A stretch of 64,000 nt of DNA, from assembly GCA_963823665.1 (NCBI GenBank), contig CAWGMQ010000011.1, forward strand, positions 736,001 through 800,000, in the 5' to 3' direction. Positions 10,504-20,200 of this stretch are shown here, piece by piece. Source of the stretch: an uncultured Planctomycetota bacterium. GTDB taxonomy: Bacteria; Planctomycetota; Planctomycetia; Isosphaerales; Isosphaeraceae. The notes under the pieces were generated by a model. The model had not been told where the DNA came from. It saw only the letters and a list, made by a program, of their open reading frames with translations, and searched no databases. A program made the translations under genes and the position numbers. The first letter of the stretch is position 1. The number at the start of each line of letters is the position of its first letter.

Positions 10504-12222
10504 TCAGGGCTTTGGTCCTTTGGCACGCTCGAGCAGGGCCTCGACGTCCGTCCACAGCGCCTGCCATTCCTTCCGCTCGGCCTCGGGCAGCTTGGCCAGG
10601 GCAACGGCATCGCGGATGCCAGCGAGGTCGGGGTCGGCCAGCCAGAACCGCAGCCAGCCTTGCACGTCCGCAGACGCAGTGGGCGAGCGGGCCGCCAGGT
10701 GCCTGACCTTGAATGCCAGGTGTTCTCGGAGCCAGCCCAGGGCGAGTCCGCGGCAACGAGCGCGCTCAGCCTCCTCGTTGGGGTGCGTCGTTCCCTCGGC
10801 CACAGCCAGCCAAGGCGGCGGCGCGGGCGGCGTCGTAGCGCCTGCCCGGTTGGACGCCGTCGGCGAGATCCGGATCTGCCGCGTAGGCGTCGACGTAAAG
10901 GCGAACGGCGGCGGCGAAGTACTTGCGATCGAAGCACATCGCAGCCAGTGCCAGCCGCTCGGCGTTATCTTTCGGAGGGTCTTCCCCCTTCAGGACGACG
11001 GTGAGACGCTCCGCCAGCGCCGCCGGCCGTTCGGCGTCGGCCACCCATCGTGCCGAGGCGTGGGGCCAGCCGGGCCCTTTGGTGCCTAGCTCGTGCCCGC
11101 GTCGGATCAGGGCGAGCGATCCGGCGAAGTCGCCTTGAACCCGGAGGATTCCGCCAAGATTGAGGTGGGCCAAGGCGTCGTCGGGCTTCTTCCGGATCGC
11201 CTCGCGGTACGTCGCGGCTTCGAGCGCCTCGCCAGCCTCTTTGGACAATCCTTTGGCCTTGAGCAACCTGCCCAGGCAGCCGAGTATCGTGGCGTAGCTC
11301 GTTGAGCTCGCGGTGGATCGCGATGGACTCGTCAAGTTCGCGCCGCTTCTCAAGCGCGTCGGCCAGCTCGTGAGCGGTTTCGGTCGGCGACGCGGGCGGC
11401 TGCGACCAATGCCGCCGGCCCGTATCCGCCGTCACTGGACCGGTCTTTTCGCATGCGAATCGCCGCCCAGTCGTCCAGCGCCCCGGCCAGCGCCAGTGCC
11501 ACCGCCGGCGAGCGAGCCTTGATATTGGCCCCCACCTCGGCGGGTTTCATATCGCGATGGATCACACCTCGAGTGTGGGCATAGGCCATCGTCTGGGCCA
11601 CGGCCGCGAAGATCGAAAGGAATCGGGGCAGATCCTCGGCCGGTCCCGAACGGGTTGCGAGGAGATTGGCCAGCGTCTGCCCTTTCACCAGCTTCATGCT
11701 GAAAAACGGCCGCTTGTCGGCGAACGTCCCGAGCTCATAGATCGGCACCACGCCGGGGTGCTGCAACTGGCCGCCGATCTGGGCTTCCTCGACAAACCGG
11801 CGGACGAGGTCGCCGTCTTCGCGGAGGTCTTCGCGCAGCACCTTGATCGCGACGTCGCGGCCCAGGTCGGGATCGCGTCCCTTCAGAACGGAGCCCATGC
11901 CGCCGCGCGCGATCTCGCCGTCAATCCGATAGCGAGTCGACGTCTCTTGCCCGTTCAAGGGCCGGATGATCGGCGAAGGCGTCTCACCGATGGCCGTATC
12001 CCGCAGCAGCACGCGCGGCACGTTGCCGAAGGTGGTGTCGAGCATCTCGAGGACGCTCGGGGCGGGAGAAGCATGGAAGGTTGTTTCCGGGCTGTCTTCG
12101 GGAAGATCGCTCCCCGAGTCGCTGCCCATCCCGGCCAGCAACATGCAGCGCGGGCAGAGGCTCTCCGGCGAACGGTAGGGCACTGGTGATCCGCACTTCT
12201 GACAAGTTCGAGGGTCGGCCAT
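10504..12222 (-). pseudogene. Internally deleted Ser/Thr kinase-TPR gene
   Basis: N-terminal CxxC..CxxC, then a kinase that stops at HRDMKPA with no DFG or APE. Fragments of the TPR and C-terminal region (WLADPDLAGIRD) follow in three frames. Confidence 0.85.
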
Positions 12223-12327
12223 CGCGGGTTCTCCCGGTCCACTTTCGAGCTGCTCACAAGCTCTGATACCGGAAAAGACTGAGGACCATACAGGGGACGG
12301 CGAAATTTGATGCGTCGACCATTCAGA

Positions 12328-12381
12328 TCAAGGCCCGAGGGCCGCGAAAAGGGCATTCAGCTCGTCGTCGACTTCGGCGTC
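12328..12381 (-). pseudogene. 3' remnant of an ECF sigma factor gene
   Basis: Encodes DAEVDDELNALFAALGP*, nearly identical to the end of the sigma at 13263 (DVEVDDELKALFAALGP*). Confidence 0.85.
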
Positions 12382-12469
12382 GTGTAGAATCGCCACGAAA
12401 CCTCTGAAGTCGAGTACCAGCGTGCACGAATTCGACAAGTGCGGCAAGTACCAGATCCAGCACCACATA

Positions 12470-12761
12470 GGCGTTGTTCGAGATTCTGGGAGGGCGTAAG
12501 GCCATGATCGAATCGCCGCTGGTTCAAGAGCTCAAGAAAGAATGGACCGAGGACGCGAAGCGCGCCGGACGCCGGGAATGACGCCGGGAAGGGGAGATCA
12601 AAGCCCTCATGACGGTCTTGATACGGCGATTTGGTGCGAAAGCTGAATCGCTCGAGCCCGAAATCAGGGCGACCGGGGATGACGCGCGGTTGAACGATTT
12701 GATCGGGCATGCCGCCACATGCCGTAGCCTCGCGTCGTTTCGCAAGATGCTCACAGCGTAA
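12470..12761 (+). pseudogene. C-terminal remnant of an Rpn/DUF4351-like protein with an in-frame TGA
   Basis: Own translation: LFEILGGRKAMIESPLVQELKKEWTEDAKRAGRRE*RREGEIKALMTVLIRRFG...CRSLASFRKMLTA*. The internal stop is at 12579-12581. Confidence 0.6.
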
Positions 12762-13191
12762 AGCGCTTGTCGACTCGGCGGCGACCGTTTCCGTATGCAG
12801 GCTGATCAGCTCCATGCCTGTATGTCCCGTCCAGCATCAGCCGCGACTTCGTTTTGTAGCCCAAGTCTCTGAGTGCGGACTCAACCGCGACGAGTTGGTC
12901 GCCCTGGAGCTCGATCACGCCGTTCTTGACGGTTCCGCCGGTTCCGCAGATTCCCTTGAGCCGCGCCGAGAGTGCTGAAAGGTCGTTTCCGTCGGGGTCG
13001 AGGCCCCAGACCGTTGTGACATGCTTCCCCTTGGGCCGTTTTTCCAGTCTTAGACGCGCGGCCTGCGACTCGGGGGGTATGAGCTTCTTCTCCACCACCG
13101 GCGGCGCGCAGGTGCATTCGCGCTCGAGCATGCCGCAACGGTCGCATCTGGGCGGGCGGTCCCACTCTGTGCCGGCGAAGAGGCGTCCCAT
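12751..13191 (-). CDS. yciH: Translation initiation factor SUI1/YciH family protein with N-terminal Cys cluster
   Basis: RLEKRPKGKHVTTV..LKGICGTGGTVKNGVIELQGD is the SUI1 signature. Confidence 0.9.
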   Translation of the reverse strand: MGRLFAGTEWDRPPRCDRCGMLERECTCAPPVVEKKLIPPESQAARLRLEKRPKGKHVTTVWGLDPDGNDLSALSARLKGICGTGGTVKNGVIELQGDQLVAVESALRDLGYKTKSRLMLDGTYRHGADQPAYGNGRRRVDKRFTL

Positions 13192-13262
13192 GTGTCTTTA
13201 GTACCGGAAAAAAGCAACGTCCATATAGAGGACGGCGGATTTTGTTGCGTTGACCATTCGGA

Positions 13263-13994
13263 TCACGGTCCGAGCGCCGCGAAAAGCGCTTTCAGCTCGT
13301 CGTCGACTTCGACGTCGTCGTCAACAGTGGCGGCGATCGCAGCCCGGAGGGCCGCGCGATAGCGCTTCCGGAGCCGGTGAACCGCAACTTGCGCGGCGGC
13401 CTCGGTCGTGCCCAGGCGTGCCGCGAGGTCGGCCTGAGAAACCTGGCTCGATCCTGCTTCGAGTACGACTTTCAGAACATCGAAGATCGCGCCGCGACCT
13501 GAGGCCTCGTACTCGCGGCGGATCGTCACCACGACGCGATCGAGCAGCGCCAGCGCCCAGTCGCGCTCGAACTGCCGCTCGGGTGTGTGCTCATGCGCAG
13601 GCTCGAGCTGGTACTGCCCTTCAGCGTCGCTCGCGTTGATCGAGAGCAGTGCCCGGCCTCCCCCGCGGCGAGCCGCGGCATCGCGCTCGCGCTGGTGCGC
13701 CAGAAAGTGACGGCAGTCGGCCAGCAACAACGAGCGGAAGCGGCCGAGCACCGGGTTCGCCGCCGCCACAGTCCCGCGCTCGAGCAAGCGGGCGAAATAC
13801 CCCTGCGTCAGGTCGAGGGCCTGCTCGGGCCCGTTCCCCTTGCGACGAATGAACGCATAGATCGGATACCAGTAAGCTCGGCACAGTTCCTCGAGCGCGG
13901 CCTGCGCCTCGGGCGCAGCAGGGTTGACCGCGTGAGCTACCTGGCTCCAGCGCGTCGTTGGAAATCCAGCCGGCGAGACGGACTCATTCATCAT
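13263..13994 (-). CDS. ECF sigma factor (FPTTRWS-type, usually kinase-associated)
   Basis: FPTTRWSQV, LCRAYWYPIYAFIRRKG, DLTQGYF, VAVHRLRKRY. Confidence 0.9.
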   Translation of the reverse strand: MMNESVSPAGFPTTRWSQVAHAVNPAAPEAQAALEELCRAYWYPIYAFIRRKGNGPEQALDLTQGYFARLLERGTVAAANPVLGRFRSLLLADCRHFLAHQRERDAAARRGGGRALLSINASDAEGQYQLEPAHEHTPERQFERDWALALLDRVVVTIRREYEASGRGAIFDVLKVVLEAGSSQVSQADLAARLGTTEAAAQVAVHRLRKRYRAALRAAIAATVDDDVEVDDELKALFAALGP

Positions 13995-14288
13995 CGGGAC
14001 CGTGAGGCGGATGAACAGGAGAAAGGGCCGGGGACATCCCTGGTGAGGAGTAACCCACTCTAACCACTTGCGTGCCAGGCGTCCAAAGGTCGCCAGATCG
14101 GACCATGCCTCGCACTCGCTCCAGGCCGGAGCGATTCGACTCGCCGCCACCGGCCGTGACCTCATGGAAAACGTCGGTCTCATGAATTATTCTTGACACG
14201 CAAAGTGCCACCGAGTCTGCTTCTCAATGCACGGATGGCACCCTTCGGCCGTCTTCGCAGGTCTCTTTCGAATAACATTGATCCATGA

Positions 14289-15653
14289 ATGAAATCCCAA
14301 CAGAAACTCACGCCCCGATCGCTGCCGCTCCCGTGTCCGATCGAGAACCGGCTCAAACTCATCGACGCACTCCGCGGCGTTGCCCTCCTGGGCATTCTGC
14401 TGATGAATATCCCGGGCTTTTCCATGCCCGATTACTCCACGGAATCGTTCAAGAGCGATCCGGCTAACGTCAACTTCTGGGTGTCGGCCGTGATCTCGGT
14501 CGTTTTTGAAGGCAAGATGCGGGCGCTCTTCGGCATGCTCTTCGGCGCAGGCGTTGTGCTGTTCGTTTCCAAAAAAGAACAGGCAGGGAGATCAGTAACC
14601 GGGCTCTTTTATCGGCGAATGTTCTGGCTTGTCCTGTTCGGCTTCATCCATGCTCACTTGATCCTGTGGATCGGCGACATCCTTTACCTCTACGGCTTCT
14701 GCGGCATGCTCGTGTATCTCTTCCGAAAGGTGAAGCCGATCTATTTGGTTCTGGGCGTTCCCTTGGTGGCGGTCGTCGATTTCACGGCGGGAACGCTGTT
14801 TTACCAGAACCTGAGGGACAAGCGCATCGCGTATGTGGAAGCCAGTGCCGTCGCCGCAGAACACAAACCACTCTCCGAGGCACAAAACAAGGCTCTCGCG
14901 CAATGGCGCGAGATCGAGAAAACGTTCATACCGAACCGCGAAGACGCCCGAGAGAACACGCGAAAAATGAAGTCGGACTACGCCACCGTTGCGAGTCACC
15001 TGCGGCCCCTGGCATGGAAGGTCGAGACCATTTTCTTGCCGATTGAGATCTGGGATTCGCTCGCATTGATGCTACTCGGCTTGGCTCTGTATCGATGGGG
15101 ATTTCTCTCGGGACAATGGTCGAATCGAGACTATGCAAGAGTCGCGGCGATCGGCTACGGCATAGGCTTGCCGTTGGCCGTTTACAGTTTCTATCACAGT
15201 TTTTTGTATAGCCCGAACCTGGAGACCAGCCTTCGTCGCATGGAACTCGAGCCCATCCAATGGGTCAGACTGATTTATCCCTTCCAACGGATATCTCTGG
15301 TCATGGCTCACGTCGCCGCGATCATTCTGCTGTACAAGGCGAAATATGGTCAGTTATTGTTCCGATGCCTCGAAGCCGTGGGGCAGATGGCGTTCACGAA
15401 TTACATCATGCATTCCGTTATCTGCACACTTTTCTTCTTCGGTTACGGCTTGAACTATTATGGCGAACTGGAGTTCTACCAGATCTACTTCGTTGTCTTG
15501 GCCGTCTGGATCGTGCAGTTGATCGTCAGCCCGCTCTGGCTGCGGTTTTTCCTCTTCGGCCCCCTCGAATGGGTTTGGCGGAGTCTGACGTACTGGAAAT
15601 GGCAGCCGTTCATCCGCCGAGGACAAGTGGCAGCAGCGGGTATCGTCGGGTAG
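14289..15653 (+). CDS. DUF418 (YeiB-like) membrane protein
   Basis: DALRGVALLGILLMNI, GKMRALF, GQMAFTNY, GPLEWVWRSLTY. Confidence 0.9.
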   Translation: MKSQQKLTPRSLPLPCPIENRLKLIDALRGVALLGILLMNIPGFSMPDYSTESFKSDPANVNFWVSAVISVVFEGKMRALFGMLFGAGVVLFVSKKEQAGRSVTGLFYRRMFWLVLFGFIHAHLILWIGDILYLYGFCGMLVYLFRKVKPIYLVLGVPLVAVVDFTAGTLFYQNLRDKRIAYVEASAVAAEHKPLSEAQNKALAQWREIEKTFIPNREDARENTRKMKSDYATVASHLRPLAWKVETIFLPIEIWDSLALMLLGLALYRWGFLSGQWSNRDYARVAAIGYGIGLPLAVYSFYHSFLYSPNLETSLRRMELEPIQWVRLIYPFQRISLVMAHVAAIILLYKAKYGQLLFRCLEAVGQMAFTNYIMHSVICTLFFFGYGLNYYGELEFYQIYFVVLAVWIVQLIVSPLWLRFFLFGPLEWVWRSLTYWKWQPFIRRGQVAAAGIVG

Positions 15654-15667
15654 CTCTGCTTGACCCG

Positions 15668-16443
15668 TCACACCGGCGTCGGCGCGACCGCCTCGCTCCC
15701 CTCGACCACCGCTTCGGCGATCTCCGCCCCAGGCGCCCGCGGCAATCGCACCACAAACCGGCTGCCCCTGCCTGGCTCGCTCTCCACGCTGATCGTGCCG
15801 CCGTGTGAAAGGGCAATGCGCCGCGCCACGGCCAGGCCCAGCCCGACCCCCGCGCGGCCCAGCCGGCGCGCCGACTCGGCGCGATAGAATGGCTCGAACA
15901 CCCGCGCGAGGTCCTCGGCCGGGATCCCGCATCCGCGGTCCTCCACCTGGAGCACAACGGCGTCCGGCTCGCACCACGTGCGCACGATGATCGGCGTGCC
16001 CGGCCCGCTATACTTGCAGGCGTTCTCCAGCAGATTTTCCAGCAACTGGCCGAGCAGCGGCCGATGCGCCCGGATCCAGAGCCGTTCGCCGTCGTTTCCC
16101 CCGAAGCGAAGGTCGGCCGCCCGCTCGTGGCCCGACCAGGTCCGAAGGTGGTCTGAGGCCCACGCGCCCAGGTCGAGGCATTCCAGGTCCGGCAGCCCCG
16201 CGTCGGCATCGGCCCGCGCAGAAACAAGAGCGCCTCGACGACTCGCCAGAACCGCACCGCGTCGCCATGAAGTCCGTCCAGCACTCGCTCGTGCTCCTCC
16301 ACGGTGCGCCGCCGGCGCCGGGCGACCTCGATTGCGGCGATCAGCGCGGCCAGCGGCGTGCGGAGCTGGTGTGAGGCCTGGCCGGTGAACTGCCTCTGTC
16401 GCTCAAGTGCCACGTGCAAGCGGTCGAGTAACCCGTTGAAACT
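15668..16443 (-). pseudogene. 5'-truncated sensor histidine kinase (HisKA plus HATPase)
   Basis: FNGLLDRL..FTGQASHQLRTPL H-box, NLLENACKY, DRGCG, GLGLA. No sensor or TM part; frameshift near 16220. Confidence 0.85.
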
Positions 16444-16445
16444 GC

Positions 16446-16655
16446 TTCATCGACGCCGAGAAGGAGGGTTACGACGCCTACCTCAAGGAGCTGCTCCCCT
16501 ACGTCCGCCCCGGCGGCCTGATCATCGCCCACAACATGAGAAGGCCTGCCCCCAATGAGCGCTACGTCGAGGCGATCACCACCAGCCCCGACCTCGACAC
16601 GTCCTTCGTCCTCATGGACGGCGCCGGGCTCGGGATCACGCTCAAGAAGCGCTGA
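16446..16655 (+). pseudogene. 5'-truncated O-methyltransferase (C-terminal 69 aa)
   Basis: Own translation: FIDAEKEGYDAYLKELLPYVRPGGLIIAHNM...GLGITLKKR*. No start codon or SAM-binding motif I. Confidence 0.8.
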
Positions 16656-16874
16656 GACAAAGCCGGAAAAGCTCGAGCAGACATGCCCCCGCCCTGGTCG
16701 CCGAACGGCTCGCTGTCGAGCCCAGCGCATCAGGGCGGGGCGCTCGGCGCCCTGCGGGAGAAAGAGTGACGGAGCCCTCAATGCAGAAGCTCCCTCCTCG
16801 GCGGCGATTGACTAAATAGTATTGCACGATCATGCGACTCAGGTGGGTGGAACTAGCTTCGCCGGAAGTCCGGT

Positions 16875-16904
16875 GTAGCAGGCACACTCCGTGTGCCGTC
16901 CGCC
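16875..16904 (+). repeat. GTAG-type REP-like palindrome
   Basis: GTAGCA followed by hairpin GGCACAC-TCC-GTGTGCC, intergenic. Confidence 0.65.
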
Positions 16905-17049
16905 GAAGTTGCCGGTCGGTGGCACTGTCCAAGTCAGCGCTCCATGCTCGGGCGAATCGCCGTCCTGGAATCGGGGAAAGCCAATTAGGTCGGAGTCATC
17001 TTTCGAGTTCATCGATCGCCATCGACTTGAGGCGGTAACGCTTAACGTT

Positions 17050-17058
17050 TGGTACATT
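17050..17058 (+). promoter_or_regulatory. Possible extended -10 element (TGgTACATT) upstream of the NACHT gene
   Basis: Consensus-like motif in a locally AT-rich patch about 190 nt upstream of the ATG at 17243. Confidence 0.35.
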
Positions 17059-17242
17059 ACTAACGAAACGGCAATTCGCAATCTTGTGAGTGCGAGGCTC
17101 CCGCCGAGCCGCGCTGGCGCTCGCCCCACCGTCCGACGCCGTGTCCCAGATCGCGAAACTTATTGACGTCGCTCGTCTCCTGGCAGACATGATTGGTCCC
17201 GATCCGACTCGACGCCACCAATGACTGGGAAGAACGCTGGCC

Positions 17243-20200
17243 ATGGCACTCTCCCCGCGCCCACTCAAACAGTACCACGTGTTCCTCGCCTCGCCCGGTG
17301 ATGTCCCGGCGGAACGGCAGCACGTGCGCAAGTTCTTCGACGAATACAACCGCCACACTGCCCACATCTGGAAGGCTCGGTTCGAGGTCATCGACTGGGA
17401 GAACTACGCGACGATCGGCGTCGGCCGTCCGCAGGAGCTGATCACCCAGCAGACCCTGGAAAAGTATCAAGACTCCCTGGCACTGGTCGTGGGCATCATG
17501 GGCCAGCGGTTCGGCTCGCCGAGCGGCAAGGCGGAGTCCGGCACAGAGGAAGAGTTCAACTGGGCGATGGAGAGCCACAAGAAAGACTCTGGCTTTCCGG
17601 AGATCAAGTGGTTCTTCCGCAAGGTGGATAAGCTCGAGCTCCCAGCCGATCCCGACGAGGCCGACGCGGCGCTCGACCAGTGGAAAAAGGTCCGCGCCTT
17701 CCGCAAGCGGATGCAGGATTTGAACGACCCGGTCTTCTACACGGAATACCCAGGCGCCGCCGGCTTCGCCGAGGTGTTCGAGCGCGATCTCAACCAATGG
17801 CTGGCGGATCCGGCACGTCCGTGGGCGGCGGAGCGTGCGGCCTCAGGTGTGCAGCGGACAGCGTGGCCGTCGCACTGCCCGCCGAGTTCGATGCGGAAGG
17901 CTACCAGGCCGCGCTGCTCAAGCGATTCGACAAGCTCAACTTCGAGATGCTCGACACGACCGGCGCGTTCTACAGCGGCGTCCGGCTGTGGAGCGTCTTC
18001 GTCCCGCAGTCGGTGCGGGAATGCCACCAGTACAACCCCCGCCTGCTGGAGATTCCCAAGGAACACCAGGAGCGGCTGCTGAAAGCCGGCGAGATCACCG
18101 CCGCGGAACTGGAGGAAGCCGAGCGGCAGGCCGATCGGCTGCGCCAGGAGTACTTCAGCCAGCCGCTCCGCCCCGTGCTGGACGTCGTCGACGAGGCCCT
18201 CCGGGCAACGTCGTCGCGGGCCGGGCAGAAGCTCGTGATCCTGGGCGACCCGGGTTCCGGCAAGTCGTCGCTGATCCGGTACCTGGCCCTGCGCTGGGCG
18301 CGTATCGCCGAATCGACGGTCCGCGACACTCAACCGATTCCGCTGGTGATCGACCTGCGCGAGTACGGCCGGTGGCAGTGCGAGGGGCGTAAGGGATTCG
18401 TCCGATTCCTGGAAGAAGGCCCGGTCTGGCACGAATGGCGCCGCGGCCTGCTGCCCCGGCTTCTCGCGCAACCCGGTCGCGTGGTGCTGCTGCTCGACGG
18501 GCTGGACGAGGTGTTCGACGTGCAGGCGCGCGAGGCAGTCATCAACGACGTCCAGCGCTTCAGCAGTGAATCCGCCCACACGTCGATCCTGCTGACGTCG
18601 CGCGTCGTGGGCTATCAGCCGCACCGGCTGCGCGACGAAGGGTTCCGTCACTTCATGTTGCAGGACCTGGCCACCGATCAAATCACCGCTTTTGTCGACC
18701 GCTGGCATGCAGAGACCTTCGCCAGCGAGGAGCAAGCGGCGCCGAAAGGCGAGCGGCTGAAAAAAGCCATCAAGGATTCGAAGGCGATCGCCATGCTGGC
18801 CGGCAACCCTCTGCTCCTCACGATGATGGCAATCCTGAACCGCAACCAGGAACTGCCGCGCGATCGGGCCGACCTGTACGCCCAGGCGTCCCGGGTGTTG
18901 CTGCATCAATGGGACACCGAACGGGCGCTGGTGGACTTCCCCGGGCTGCGAGCCGATGTGGGTTTACGCGAAAAGACCGATATCCTGCGCCGCGTGGCCT
19001 TCCACATGCAGTCGGGACCGAGTGGTCTGAAGGGAAACCTGATCGACGGCGCAACGCTTAGCCGCCTGATCGAGGACTATCTGCGTGAAGAGCTGCATTT
19101 CGACCCGGCCCGCGCCGCGGCGCGTGCGGTGGTCGACCACCTGAGGCTGCGCAACTTCATCCTTTGTTTCGTAGGCGCGGACAGCTACGCCTTCGTGCAT
19201 CGCACGTTTCTGGAGTACTTCTGCGCGGCCGAGTTCGTGCACCGGTTCAACGTCACGAAAACTCTGGACATGGACGGACTGATCCAGTTGTTCGACGACC
19301 ACTGCCGCCATGACGAATGGCGCGAGGTCCTGCGGCTGATCTGCGGCCAGATCGACGAATCGTTCGTCGGCAAGATAGTCGAGCACCTGGCCGCGCGGAG
19401 GGTTTCAGAGACCTGGGACGGCGAATCGCCGCGGCCGGAATTGCTGTTGGCGATCGGGTGCTTGAGCGAGGCGCGGAACATCGCACGGCTCGAGGACTTT
19501 GCGCGACTCTCGTCGACGCGCTACTGCGAATTTACATACCTGGGGACGGCGTAAAGGAGTTCCACGACCGGCTCCTCGCTTCGCAGCGGGAAATAGGTAC
19601 CCGATGGCCGGGAGCCGGGGCACTCTGGACGACGGTTCTCAAGCGCGAAAGAGAAATCAATGAAACATGGGCGGCGGTATTCCTGGTCAAGTTTCTGGCA
19701 TGCGTTCGCCCCGAGCGACAACTCGTGGAGCAGCTTCTGGCATCGAAGAATTATTGTCTGCGTTGGAGCGCAATTGAGGCGTTGGCCGAGCACTGGCCCG
19801 ACGAGGCGACCCGCGCCGTGCTGACTCGGCACGCCGTACAGGATGGCGAGTACCCTGTCCGTGGCGCCGCGCTTAAGACGTTGGCCGAGAATTGTCCCGA
19901 TGAGGCGACGCGTTCCCTACTGATGCAGCGTGCGGTGCAGGATGACAACGACGCTCCCCGCCAAACCGCGCTTGAGGCGTTGGCCGCGAAGTGGCCCGAC
20001 GAGACGACGCGTGCGTTGCTGTCGGAGCGGGCTGTGCAGGATGACAACGGCGGTCCCCGCCAAGCCGCGGTTCGGGCGTTGGCCGATAAGTGGCCCGACG
20101 AGACGACGCGTGCGTTGCTGTCGGAGCGTGCGGTGCAGGATGACAACGACGTTCCCCGCCAAGTCGCGCTTGAGGCGTTGGCCGATAAGTGGCCCGACGA

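Noticed and set aside
17830..17870. Programmed frameshift between DUF4062 and NACHT
   Set aside because: No slippery heptamer is seen, and the window has many similar indels best explained as sequencing error.
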